Source: Chiloscyllium plagiosum (lineage: Eukaryota). Taken from it: a stretch of DNA of 51,971 nt. The first letter of the stretch is position 1. Each line of letters begins with the position of its first letter. Position numbers and translations under genes: made by a program. The notes beneath the pieces were generated by a model. That model did not search any database. It saw nothing but the letters and a program-made list of their open reading frames with translations, and had not been told where the DNA came from. Of this stretch, positions 1-11,165 are shown piece after piece. The DNA is taken from positions 10,892,680 through 10,944,650 of the forward strand of contig NC_057755.1 of assembly GCF_004010195.1 (NCBI RefSeq). The letters run 5' to 3'.

Positions 1-516
1 AATAAGCAATCTGAGAGAGAGGGAGAGAGTGTTGAACAAACACAGAATAACACATCAGAGACACACAGAGAGACTACTGAACAGCACGGTGGCACAGTGG
101 TTAGCACTGCTGCCTCACAGCGCCAGAGACCCGGGTTCAATTCCTGACTCAGGCGACTGACTGTGTGGAGTTTGCATGTTCTCCCCGTGTCTGTGTGGGT
201 TTCCTCCGGGTGCTCCGGTTTCCTCCCACCATCCAAAAGATGTGCAGGGTCAGGTGAATTGGCCATACTAAATTGCCCGTAGTGTTAGGTAAGGGGTAAA
301 TGTAGGGGTATGGGTGGGTTTCGCTTCGGCGGGTCGGTGTGGACTTGTTGGGCCGAAGGGCCTGTTTCCACACTGTAAGGTAATTTAATCTAATCTAATC
401 TGAACCGACACAGATTAACTCTTTCGAGAGTGAGTGCTGGACAAACACAGAATCACCCACCAGAGAGAGAGACTGCTGAACTAACACAGCATAACCTGTC
501 AGAGAAACAGAGAGAG
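1..516. repeat. Degenerate ~45-50 bp AG/AC-rich minisatellite interrupted by the SINE
   Basis: Recurrent CTGAAC-AAACACAGAAT-...-AGAGAGAG units on both sides of the SINE, running into the gap. Confidence 0.5.
83..399 (+). mobile_element. HE1-type tRNA-derived V-SINE, full length
   Basis: A box GTGGCACAGTGG, B box GGTTCAATTCC, V-domain (TGTGTGGAGTTTGCATGTTCTCCCCGTGTC), LINE-like tail with (TCTAA)n, flanking CTGAAC duplication at 77-82 / 400-405. Confidence 0.9.
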
Positions 517-1016
517 NNNNNNNNNNNNNNNNNNNNNNNNNNNNNNNNNNNNNNNNNNNNNNNNNNNNNNNNNNNNNNNNNNNNNNNNNNNNNNNNNNNN
601 NNNNNNNNNNNNNNNNNNNNNNNNNNNNNNNNNNNNNNNNNNNNNNNNNNNNNNNNNNNNNNNNNNNNNNNNNNNNNNNNNNNNNNNNNNNNNNNNNNNN
701 NNNNNNNNNNNNNNNNNNNNNNNNNNNNNNNNNNNNNNNNNNNNNNNNNNNNNNNNNNNNNNNNNNNNNNNNNNNNNNNNNNNNNNNNNNNNNNNNNNNN
801 NNNNNNNNNNNNNNNNNNNNNNNNNNNNNNNNNNNNNNNNNNNNNNNNNNNNNNNNNNNNNNNNNNNNNNNNNNNNNNNNNNNNNNNNNNNNNNNNNNNN
901 NNNNNNNNNNNNNNNNNNNNNNNNNNNNNNNNNNNNNNNNNNNNNNNNNNNNNNNNNNNNNNNNNNNNNNNNNNNNNNNNNNNNNNNNNNNNNNNNNNNN
1001 NNNNNNNNNNNNNNNN

Positions 1017-1690
1017 GGTGATGAAGGTGATCTGTAAAATGTACAGGGAGATGCAGCACAAGTTCTATCACGGGGAACATTATCACAATTCTGGCGAGCT
1101 AGAGTAAGGGGTGAGAGGAGAAGTGAAGGTTGTGGGCGAGATCTAATACCCTATCATCCACTGTGGGAGGAGGGGAGTGGGTCCTCAGCTGAAGACAAGT
1201 GTGGACTGCTGCACAAAGGCAGAGACAGAGAAGCTGGAAAATGGACTGAAATGGAATATTTGATGGAAGCAGGGGGTGTAGGGAGTGCTGGATGTGGTCA
1301 CTGTTGGAGACAGTGGACCTGTCGTAGATATGATGCGAGTTGGCTCCATTTCTTGGAGAGGCAGTGACGTGAGAGAAGAGAAGTGATGAATGAGCGACGG
1401 ACGAGATGAGAGTAAGCAGGATCAAACTAGAGAACAGAGTGAATGTTTCCACTTCAGGCATGGCAAAAGGAGCTGCACCCACACAGGCCATATCCAGGTA
1501 AAAATGTTGAAGGAGGAAATGAGTGTGGATGGACAATTTTCCACACTTCGCACAAAATAATAGACATCATTCGGATCCCTGAGGGGACAAAAACACATAT
1601 TGTTCGGAGAAAGCAAGTGAAGTTGGAGTCATTGCTGAGAATGAGTTTAGCCAGGCAAAGACACTCTGTCAGAGATACTTGCAATGCAGG
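1017..1690 (-). mobile_element. Decayed Penelope-like reverse transcriptase fragment
   Basis: Minus-strand remnants (LCLAKLILSNDSNFT; PPPTVDDRVL) parallel the RT region of the Penelope at 20417-22032. Confidence 0.55.
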
Positions 1691-1779
1691 AGATGGCCAT
1701 TTGGCCCAACCTGCCCAGGCCAGCCCAGGGTCTGACTACACTCCAGTTTTTCCTCTGGCCACACAATTTAATAGCTAAA

Positions 1780-2110
1780 TACAGCTTCAATGCTACAATA
1801 GTTTTTGATTCCTTTCAGGTAGTGAGTCCCAAACTCTCACCATCCTCTGAGGGAAAGCATTCCTCCTCAGTCCTCTCTCTCTCTCAGCCTTCTGCGATGT
1901 ACCTTAAAGCCTATGCCCCCAGGTTACTTATTCACCCTGTCCATTCCCCACATAATCTTACACGCCTCCTGTCAGGTTCCCTTTCAACCTTCACCAATCC
2001 AAGGAAAACAACTCCAGCCCCTCTCATGTTTCCTCATAAATCTGATTCTGCAGGCCAGGCAGAATCTTGATCAATCTCCTCTGCCCTTTCCTGTGAGGGG
2101 TGACCAGAAA
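1780..2110 (-). mobile_element. Old CR1-like LINE 3' fragment
   Basis: Degenerate match to the CR1/HER1 3' ORF2 sequences seen elsewhere in the window (CCAAGGAAAACAACTCCAGCC). Confidence 0.5.
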
Positions 2111-2319
2111 CGCACCCCGCCACACATACACACACACGTAGACAGACACACACAGATCGAATACATTTTATTAAGTCGAAACGGGGCAAATGCAAATGGT
2201 TCAGAGACATGAACAACTGAGGCCAAGATCAAACAATATGTCAAATGAACCAAACCTTGCCTTCGAGAAAATGTCGAAATGGTCAAATGCCTTTAAATGA
2301 TGTCCTTTAACGTGTGAGT

Positions 2320-2790
2320 GCTGAAACCCTGGAGAAAGTGCAAAAGACTTTTAATGAATGATGCCAGGAATGAGGGATGTTAGATACAAGGAGAGGTGAG
2401 ACAATTTGGGCTGAGAAGATTAAGAGAAGACCTTACTGTAGCGTTCAAAATGATGGACAACTTTGACTGGATAAACAAGGACATCTGTTTCCACTAGTCT
2501 GTGTATCAGTAACTAGGGGTTACAATTTCAAGATTATCAGCAAGAGAGCAAGGAGTGAGAAACCTCTTTTTCCAGAGTTGCTAAGCTCTGGGATGCACTG
2601 CATTAGAGATTGATGAAGGCAGATTTCATAGGAAGTTTCAAAAGAGAGCTGGATATATTTGAAAGTGATGAAGTTTGAGGGCTAAACAGATAGCAGTGGA
2701 GAAGGAGAATCCCTGGATAGTTCTTTTGGGAGCTGTTACAGATGTGATAGATTGAATGGTGTGCTTTTATTTTGTATATGTCCATGATTA
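2320..2790 (+). mobile_element. CR1-like LINE 3' fragment
   Basis: Decayed LEKVQKR...MPGM...RLREDL ORF2 C-terminus followed by a 3' UTR. Confidence 0.7.
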
Positions 2791-2794
2791 TTGA

Positions 2795-3100
2795 ATCATC
2801 AAATCATAGATTCATTCATCATGGAAACAGACCATTCGGTCCAACTTGTCCATGCCGACCAGATATCCTAAACTGATCTAGTCTCATTTGCAAGCACATG
2901 GCTCATATCCCACCAAATCATTCCTGTTCAAATTTCATTTCAATGCTGTAAGTATCCCAGCCGCCACCACTTCCTCTGGCAGCTCATTTCATACACCCTC
3001 TGCGTGAAAACGTTGACCCTCAGGTGTTTGCAAATTTTCCCCTCTCACCTTAAACTTACACCCCTTCACAATGGAGAAAAAGACATTAACTATTCATCCT
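2795..3100 (-). mobile_element. HER1/CR1 LINE 3' end
   Basis: Reverse complement matches the LINE tail at 42170-42395. Confidence 0.75.
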
Positions 3101-3129
3101 CTCCATTTCTCTCTTTCAGGTTTTCGCAA

Positions 3130-4090
3130 AGATCTGTACCCCGGGTTGTGAATGAGGTCATTGTTTGGCTCACTGAGCTGCTGGGTAACCGTGCAGACGT
3201 TTGGTTCCCATGCTGGGTGACCTCTGTCAAGCGCTGTTGTTCTGTTCTGCTTGGTGTGTATGTGGGTCTGGTCTGGTCGGGCGAGGGTCTTATCTGCAGT
3301 GGTTTTTACACCGGGTCTGTGTGCTTACTGATGGCCTATTTGGTTGTAAGCCAGCATCCAAGGCCTCCCTTGCTTGTCCCTTGTTGTCTTGCCCGAGGAC
3401 AGTAAATTTATCACAACCGAAAGGATGTCCCTCGTGGTCAGTGTGTATGGATGTGAGGGAGAGTGGTTCATGTCAGCTTGTTGCCAGGTGTTGGTGGTGA
3501 AGTCAGGAGGCTCGTCTTCCGGTTTGCCTGATTCAGTGCTTGTTGTAAGTGTTGCGCTTTGGGTGGGGTGCTGAGTGCCAATAAGTAGTTGGCATAATGT
3601 GTCTGTTAGTTGGCGGGCTACCATAATACCACGTGGTCATAACAGTCTGGTAGTTAATTCTGATATGTTCTTCACGTAGACTAGGGTGGCCAGTGTATTG
3701 GGAGGTACAGTGTGTTCTTGGCGTTAGCTGTTCGGCAGGATAGGTGGGCAAGGCTGATGGGATATCTGTTGTCAGTGAAGATTTTGTGTAAATGTTCTTG
3801 GTCTTCCTTGCACTGCTCTGGTGTGTTGCGATGTGTCCCAGCTCTTTTCATTAGTATTCTGATACAGCTCCATTTGTTGACGTTGAGCTGGTTGCTGGTT
3901 TCAGGATGTGGTCCGTGTGGATGGGTTTCCTGTAGGCTTTGGTTGTGAATTCCCTGTTGTTCATCGTTACTACTGTGACATCTTGGAATGGGTTGTTATT
4001 CTCTCCCTCCCTGTTGAACTTGATACCTGTGATTATACTGTTGGTGAGGGAGTGTTTTTGTACATATGATTATGACAAATGTGTTGTCCG
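3130..4090 (-). mobile_element. Decayed Penelope-like element (RT end, GIY-YIG, pLTR)
   Basis: Minus strand reads NKH*IRQTGRRAS*LHHQHLA, a remnant of the YIGQTGR..RIHEH GIY-YIG motif. A degenerate hammerhead motif lies at 3195-3232. Confidence 0.7.
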
Positions 4091-4140
4091 TGTATCCTAT
4101 CCTGTTTCAGTTGGATCAGGGGAAGGGCTGTGTTTTCAAG

Positions 4141-4300
4141 TAGAAAGTGAGGTCTGCAGATGCTGGAGATCAAAGTTGAAACTTTGATCATTCCTGAAGA
4201 AGTGCCTGTGCCCGAAACGTCGAATCTCCTGTTCCCTGGATGCTGCCTGACCTGCTGTGCTGTTCCAGCAATAAAGTTTCAACTGTGTTTTCAAGTCTCT
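4141..4300 (+). mobile_element. Short Penelope pLTR-derived element with a hammerhead motif
   Basis: Matches the 3' terminus of the Penelope at 21910-22010. Confidence 0.75.
4190..4225 (+). ncRNA. Minimal type I hammerhead ribozyme motif (stem II mismatch)
   Basis: ATTC-CTGAAGA-A-GTGC-CTGT-GCCC-GAAA-CG-TC-GAAT; stem I is ATTC/GAAT. Confidence 0.6.
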
Positions 4301-4706
4301 GCACCACTGTTTCTGCTTTCAGCCCTGAAATTGGAAAGCCCCATCGGTGTGCTGTCGACTTGGTGGTAGATCTGAAATTGGAGACAAAGTGGTGGTGAAG
4401 CATTAATCTAGTCGCTCGAAGAGTTCGCCCCTAAGATTGTACGATTCTGGGTAACTTCAAGTTTTGACAATAATTTGCAATGCCTACTTGTGGTTTTTGA
4501 CACAGTGGTAGCGTCCCCACCTCTGGGCCAAGTCCCACCTGCACCCTAAATGTGTCATGACACGTCTATACAGGCTGATTAGAAAGTTCTAAGTTACTTC
4601 TTATTTTACGGACGAATAGATGCTGAATAACCTTTACAGCAGCTCATCACAGTGTCAGCAAATTTCACTTTTAATGTGAGAAGAAAAAGTTTATTCTCTC
4701 CTACAG

Positions 4707-4818
4707 GAATTCCCTCAGCTCAGATCTAAGTTAAATATAAAAATATGCCAAACCAGACTGATATCAGCGTTAGTTACAACGCGTCAAAGCCCAGCACGTA
4801 CTTTCCTTTGAAAGAATG
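4707..4818 (+). other. Candidate upstream exon of the GVIN locus (mirror copy 51639-51751, -)
   Basis: TTTATTCTCTCCTACAG acceptor and TG|GTGAGG donor in non-TE sequence; both sites are conserved in both arms. Confidence 0.4.
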
Positions 4819-5158
4819 GTGAGGATTATTCAGCTCGAAAGTGATACTCAGCAGCAAGATAAGTTTAAAAAATAAAAGTTCCCACTGGATAGAACTAGAA
4901 AAGAAGTTAAAAAGTAGGTCATAGTTTGCAACTCAAGCAAGGAATCTCACAGACAGAGCTGCTTTTGTGAGTGTGTTCCCCTCCCTCTATCTCTTGATCT
5001 AAACAGAGTACCGCTGGCATGGTAAACTGCTCATATAACATCTGCCTGGCAACAGACACGTCGAAAGTTCCGATTGGACAAAGTTTCAAGACGGGTTTCA
5101 GCACTTTATGGTTCTGCCGCAGTTGTGCTGTTCAGTCACTTTCCAGACTTACTTTCAG

Positions 5159-5283
5159 GAGCTGCAGCTTCAGACCGGGTCAGGAAATCGAGAGATTTGA
5201 TTTTACTTGAAGAAGATCTGAAAGTTAAGCTTCTAAATTGGAGTAAGGCCAATGGTAACACTAACAGGCCAGAACTTTCAGAA
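5159..5283 (+). other. Candidate upstream exon of the GVIN locus (mirror copy 51174-51298, -)
   Basis: CACTTTCCAGACTTACTTTCAG acceptor. The donor is GTAAGT in the left arm and GTGAGT in the right arm, both consensus. Confidence 0.45.
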
Positions 5284-5364
5284 GTAAGTTGGGAGAGACA
5301 ATCTCCAGGTAAGGACACACTGGAAAGTGGAGCACCCTTTCCAAAGCGAGATGAGAGTGCAAAG

Positions 5365-6940
5365 ACCGTTATGTTCCTGTTTGTGTGAAGGGCAAGGCTG
5401 GTAGGGGTAAGGAGCGCTGGACGGCTGGAGAAAATGAGTCTCTGGTCAAGAGAACGAAGGAGGCATATTGTCAGGTAGAGACAGCTGGGATCTAGAGAAA
5501 AGTAGAAAGAAGAGATACTCGAGAGAAATCAGGAGGGCAGCAAGAAATCAGGAGATTGCTTTGGCAAATAGGGTTAAGGAGAATCCATAGGGATTTTGCA
5601 TTAAGGGCAAAAGGGTGACGGGGGAGAGAATAGGGCGTCTCAAAGATCAGCAAGGACATCTATGTGTGCAACTGCAGAAAATGAGTACAATACTAATGAG
5701 TATTTTGCATCAGTATTCACTATGGAGAAAGGCGTGGAATCTAGAGAACTTGGGAAATAAATAGTGACATCTTGAACAGTGTCCATATTGCAGAGTAGAT
5801 GGTACTGAACGCATTAAAACGTAGAAGGGTTGATAAACCCCCAGGATCAGCGCAGGAGTGCCATAGAACTCTGTGGGAAGCGAGGGAAGGGATTATTGGG
5901 CCTCTTGCTGAGATATTCTGATCATTAATAGTCACAAGTGATATGCCAGAAGCCTGGAGTTTGGTTACCATAGCGCCACTGTTTAAGAAAGGTGGCAAGG
6001 AAAGGCCATGGAACTGTAGACCCGTGAGCCTGACAACAGTGGTGGGCACGTTGTTGGAGGGAATCCTGAGGGATAGAATTTACACATATTTGAATATCAA
6101 AAATATCATAGACTCACGATCGAGTGGAAACAGGCCATTTGGCACAACAGTTCCAACCGACCCTCCAAAGACAAAATCCACCCAGACCCAATCTCGCAAT
6201 TTGATGGATTTTTATGACGAAGTGACAAAGAGATTGATAAGGGTAGAGTGATGGACATCATCTGCATTGACATCAGCAAGGAATTTGACAAGGTTCCACA
6301 TGGTAAACTGGTTGGCAAGTTAATAATTGGTGAAGTCCATGGAGAGCTAGACATTTGGATACACAATGTCCTGACAGGAGGAGACAGAGGGTAATAGTGG
6401 AGGGTTGCGTTTTAGACTGGAGGCCTGTGACCAAGGGTGTGCCACAAGGATCGGCGTTGAGTCCACTACTTTTTATCATTCAGAAAAATAATTTGGGTGT
6501 GGACATAGGAGGTATAGTTAGTAAATTTGCAGATGACACCAAATTTGGAGGTGTAGTAGACAGCAAACAAGGTGACCATCCTTTTGGGAGACCAAATTAG
6601 GTCAGTATTAGGCAGGAGCTCGAGAATGGTAATTGGGTGCAGCTGTTATCTGGCAAGTCCAATATGATATGTGTCAGTTGTTTAAAGGTCTACTGATCAG
6701 AGTTCAGGGCCAGCATGTTTTAGTAAGGAGGAAGGACAAAAATGGCAAGGTAAAGGACCGTGGAGAATGAGGGAGGTTGGGACTTTTGTCAAAAGGAGAC
6801 AAGAAGCGTATGTAAAGTTTAGGAAGCTGAAATGAGATGAGGTCTGCGAGGGAAACAAAGAAAATAGGGAAAAAAAAACTCAGGCAGGGAATTAGGAGAG
6901 CAAGAAGGGTCCATGAAATGACCTTGGCAAGTGGGATCAT
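5365..6940 (+). mobile_element. CR1/HER1 LINE ORF2 fragments (mirror 49580-51095, -)
   Basis: [28 protein letters not shown] and KFADDTK RT motifs with frameshifts. A short antisense SINE/LINE tail is inserted near 6105-6195. Confidence 0.85.
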
Positions 6941-7324
6941 AATGTTAAAAGATTAATGGGAATATCTCTCTGGACATTCATGTAATATTAAATGGTTGAA
7001 CTGCACTGAGTGAACATTGTGGAGGTGGGTAGGGACGATAGTCAGGCAGGAATGCAAACGACTCCCACCCCTTTTAGACAGTTATTTACCACTAAAACCC
7101 TCCTCTAATCAAATTAAACACTCATTCAGTGCCTTTCATTCAGAATGTATAGCTTTCTAGCCATCGACTGAAGGATGCGATGGCGAGAATACACCAAAAC
7201 TACATTGTCTTAGAAAATCACTGAGTCAGGAAATCGTCTGCAGAACGATTCCCCAGGATTAGGGCATTTTCATTTGCATTATCTCCGAGGATGACCTCAT
7301 CCTGCCAGCGTACCTGGGATAACA

Positions 7325-7530
7325 TGTGATTGGTGACAGTAGAGTCACCAGTAGAGGTAGAGTCGGGGTTTGTGCTGAGTTACAAGTGATTGTGAGGGAA
7401 TGTTTGGGGGTTGTGTTGAGTGATATGTGACTGTGGGAAGGTGCTGAGATTTGTCTTCAGTAGCATGTGACTATGGTGAAGTGGCTGGGGGTTGTGTTGA
7501 GTGGCATGTGTCAGTGCGGGAGTGGCCAGA
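7325..7530. repeat. Short degenerate tandem repeat (GGGTTGTGTTGAGTGACATGTGACTGTG-like)
   Basis: Several imperfect units, with a shorter mirrored version at 47440-47530. Confidence 0.55.
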
Positions 7531-7769
7531 TGATCTGTGTACACTTCCAACTGACCTGCATAAAGGGGATGTGCTTACTTTGTTTGGAACCTCACTTTGA
7601 ATTGATCTCGCATGCCTGTTGGGGGTGGGGTATGTGGCGGGGGTCAAATGGGGTCACCTAGATTGTACAGACTTTGATAAACTTTAACTGTTTGCAGAGG
7701 TTGGTGTGAACAAAGTGCATCTCGCGCAAGGAACATCGCAAAAAGAACCTAACAGGATTAAAGAGAATC

Positions 7770-8185
7770 CCAACACCTTCTGTACACACATTAGAAAGAA
7801 GAGGACAACTATGGAGAGGTAGGACCACTCAAGGATAAAGAGGGAACTTCTGCTTGGAAACAAAGGATGTGGGCGAGTTCCTTATTGAATACTCTGCATA
7901 GGAATTCACCCAGGAGAGAGGTACAGATGAGAATGAGATTAGTGTGGAGCATTCTAATAAGCTCGGGCATTTTGAGATCAAGAAAGAAGTGGTGTTTGGT
8001 CCTTGAAGAGCAATAAAGATGATAAGCAGTAAGTGACTGATGGTATCTACCCCAGGTTATTGAGCGAGGCCAGAGAAGAGGTTGCAGGAACCTTGACCAA
8101 GATCTTTGTATCCTCACTAGCCATGTGGGTAGGTTCCAGATGACTGACCAATCTTTTGTTGAAGAAGGGAAATAGGGATCATCCA
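7770..8185 (+). mobile_element. CR1-like LINE ORF2 fragment
   Basis: IKENP..F..IR.KR...ERVGPLKDK remnant, homologous to 44510-44940. Confidence 0.7.
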
Positions 8186-8199
8186 GTTAAATAAAAAGC

Positions 8200-8920
8200 T
8201 TGTTTCTGCTGTAAATCTGAAACATAAACAAACATTGTTGGAGAAACTCAGCAGGTCTAGCAGCAGCTCTGGAGAGAAAGAATTTGTCAATATTTAGAGT
8301 CCAGTGACCCTTCTTCAGACCTGACTGTAGCTGGGAAAATGTTGGTATAAACACTGAAGATGGGGTTGGAGAAGGGAGTTATCAGACGGATTAAACAATC
8401 GGTGAAAACCGAGACCAAAGAGAGAAAGCAGTAGTTGGGTAGACAAATGGATGGATAAGGGTGAGTCGCAGGAAAAAGAGCTGTTCATAGGAACTGATAG
8501 TGGTTGACAATGGCTCACAATGTGATGACAAGGACTGAGGTGTGTGGGAGTGTGGGGGAAGGACATGGAAGAAGGTGTTCAGACTCTAAAATTATTGAAC
8601 ACGATATTGAGTACTGAAGGCTATTGGGTCCCCAACGAGAAAGTGATGTGCTGTTCTTTCAGTTTGTATTGAGCTTCGCTAAGGCACTGCAGCAAGACTG
8701 AGTCAGAGATGTTGGCCAGGGAACAGAGTGGGGCACCTGGAAGTTCAGGGTCAGTTTTGAGGACAGAACATAAGTGTTCTTCAAAGTGGTCACCCAGTTT
8801 CAGTTTCATCACCCCAGTGTAGAGGAGACCACTCTGTGAGCAGCAAATACAATAGACCAGACTCAGTGAAGTACAAGGAACTGGTTGCTTCACCTGGAAG
8901 GTATGTCTGGCATTAGCAGA
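8200..8920 (-). mobile_element. Penelope-like GIY-YIG/pLTR fragment
   Basis: ORF 8621-8998 reads HTFQVKQ..CTSLSLVYCICCSQSGLLYTG. A degenerate hammerhead lies at 8291-8320. Confidence 0.8.
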
Positions 8921-8924
8921 AGGA

Positions 8925-10021
8925 GTGCTCCCTAATGTCTGAACTGTCCCCATCCTGCACCAGCCTCCTCTGCTTGAGCTCATCCACAGATTGAACAACT
9001 TTAATTTCTCCCCTTTTCTTTCTGGCAGAGCCTTTCACTTGGGTCCCAGTTTTGCCTGTTCTTTGTGGGGCACGTGGAATATTTTTTTCCTATCCTGGAG
9101 ACCACCCACAACCCTTTCTCCACTACGTTGGTCGATGTTGCTTCCCTCACCTATTTGGAATTGGGGAAGTTTATCAATTTTTCCTCCAATTTCCAGCCCC
9201 CCTTACTTCCACCTGGTCCAAATGAAACCTTTTTTCCCTTCCTCAAAATCTCTGTTTCCATTTCCTATGGATAGGCTGGCCAATATCCATAACAAACCCA
9301 TCAACTCTCAGAGTCATCTTGACTATACGTCCTCGCAGCCTGCTCTCATAAAGGCTCTATCTCATTTCTCGGTCTCCGTCACATCCGTTTGATTGGTGCT
9401 AACATTGACCACGGGCCTGGAAACGTCCACCTTCTTCCTCAAAGGAGAAATCGCGAGTGCGATGGTAGACAAGGCCCCCAGCCGCATCTGCCACATCGTC
9501 TGCACTTCTTCCCTTGCCCTTGCCTTCCCTCCCATAACAATGATCGTGTGCCCCTAGTCCTCACCTGCCATCCTACCAGCACCCATATCCATAGGATTAT
9601 TGACTGCCATTATTGCCATCTCTAGTCGGGTGCCCCCACCAGACTGTGGAGACCTTTCCCTCCGGGACACACTGGTCCACTCCTCCTTAAGTCCCAACAT
9701 CATCTTACTTTGCAATTGTTCTTTCCCACGAAATGTCAGAAGATATAACACTTGCCAGTTTACCTCCTCCCTCCAAGTGCACAAACATACCTTCCAGGTG
9801 AAGCAGCCATTTACCTGCACTTCTCATAATCTAGTCCATTGTATTCACTTCTCACAGAGTGGTACCTGATACACGAGAGAGACGATACACAGACTGGGTG
9901 ACCGCTTTGCAGAAGACGAACATTCTGTCCTCAGAAATGACCCTGAGCTTCCATTTGCCTGCCACTTCAACACATAATCTTGTTCCCTGACAAACATCTC
10001 TGACGCAGGCTTGCTGAAGTG
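8925..10021 (+). mobile_element. Penelope-like RT/GIY-YIG fragment
   Basis: SHLDYTSS, DRVPLVLTCHPT and HTFQVKQPFTCTSHNLVHCI motifs; cut off at 10021 by an LTR. Confidence 0.8.
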
Positions 10022-11165
10022 TGTTACGGAACAGATCAAAGCCCCTCAAAATATATTCAGAACATCGTTTAGATTTGAATGTTTTAATATTGGAAAGGTA
10101 AGCATAAAGTGTTGTGTTGCAGTTGCAATTCGATTTGTCCAACAACCAGATTAGAAGCAAAACAACGTTTATTCAGGCACAGTAGTTAACATACAATGAA
10201 GAAAACAATAATAATTTGATTAGTTGTAACTCTATTGAAATGCTTAACAAAACAATACACATATAAACTAAAACTAATTACATTTCTAATATCGTGAATC
10301 CATAATCACACACTTGGCAAAAGATGAGTTTAGAAAAATAAGTCATCTCACAGGAAATTCTCCAGTCTCAGAAGAAAACAAATTCAAGAGAAAACTCACA
10401 GGGAGAGAGAGAGAGTAGCAGGGAGAGATATCCTGCAGCTTCCAAACCCAGCTTCAAGACATCAGCAACTGTTACTGAGAAACTAAAGTTAAAATCCTGG
10501 CCTGACCCCACCCATTCAGGCTGCTTCTATTGTTCCAATGTTTAAGGTCTCCAAGGCCTCACAGAGCTGACTACTTAAAGGCATTCAATTGACAGCTGTC
10601 TGATCACCTCTCTTCAAAACAAAATAGCACAATACAGGCCTCTTAAAGCTACGGTATTGACAAACTGCCCCCTCAACAGAAAGAAGCACCAATATACAAA
10701 GATGGCTTGTCACCATGTCAACATGTCACCAATTATGTTCTCTTGTCCTGCCATGTCCATTATTGAATGGCTGTAATAAAAAAACCCATCTAAACAGTCT
10801 GGAGTGTTTTCCCATAAATATTTCCAAAATCTTTAAGGGGTTATGATCAGTATATGCATTTGTCTCAGACACATGACTGGGAACAGAAATGTTGAAATGT
10901 TGCAACACCAACACCAAGCTCAAAGTCACCTTCTCATTCATGGAATATTTCTATTGATGATTATTCGATTTTCTGTAAGAATATATAATTGGTATTTCGG
11001 TCTTTTCGTCTTCCTGCAATAGTACAGCACCGACACTGACGTCACTTGCATCAACAGCCACCTTGAATGGCTTTGTGTAATTGGGAGTGGCTAACACAGC
11101 TCACAGCGTGTCAAATGCCTTCTGACAGTCTGCTATCCACTGAAATTTCCTGTACTTCTTCAACA
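10022..11165 (-). mobile_element. Ty3/Gypsy LTR retrotransposon 3' remnant (RNase H, PPT, LTR ~10022-10662), Gmr1-like
   Basis: Minus strand reads PNYTKPFKVAVDASDVSVGAVLLQE and YTDHNPL...RLFRW.LLQPF. A purine-rich tract GAGGGGGCAG precedes TG at 10662; AATAAA is near 10170; the terminal CA is at 10022. Confidence 0.75.

Noticed and set aside
83..150. tRNA genes at SINE heads
   Set aside because: The A/B boxes continue into a V-domain or Deu core and a LINE tail, so these are SINEs rather than tRNAs.
430..1107. Long ORFs spanning N runs (also near 27452-27943, 31496-32561 and 34964-35991)
   Set aside because: These are artefacts of translating assembly gaps.
2121..2153. Imperfect (CA)n tract
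   Set aside because: This is an ordinary short microsatellite.
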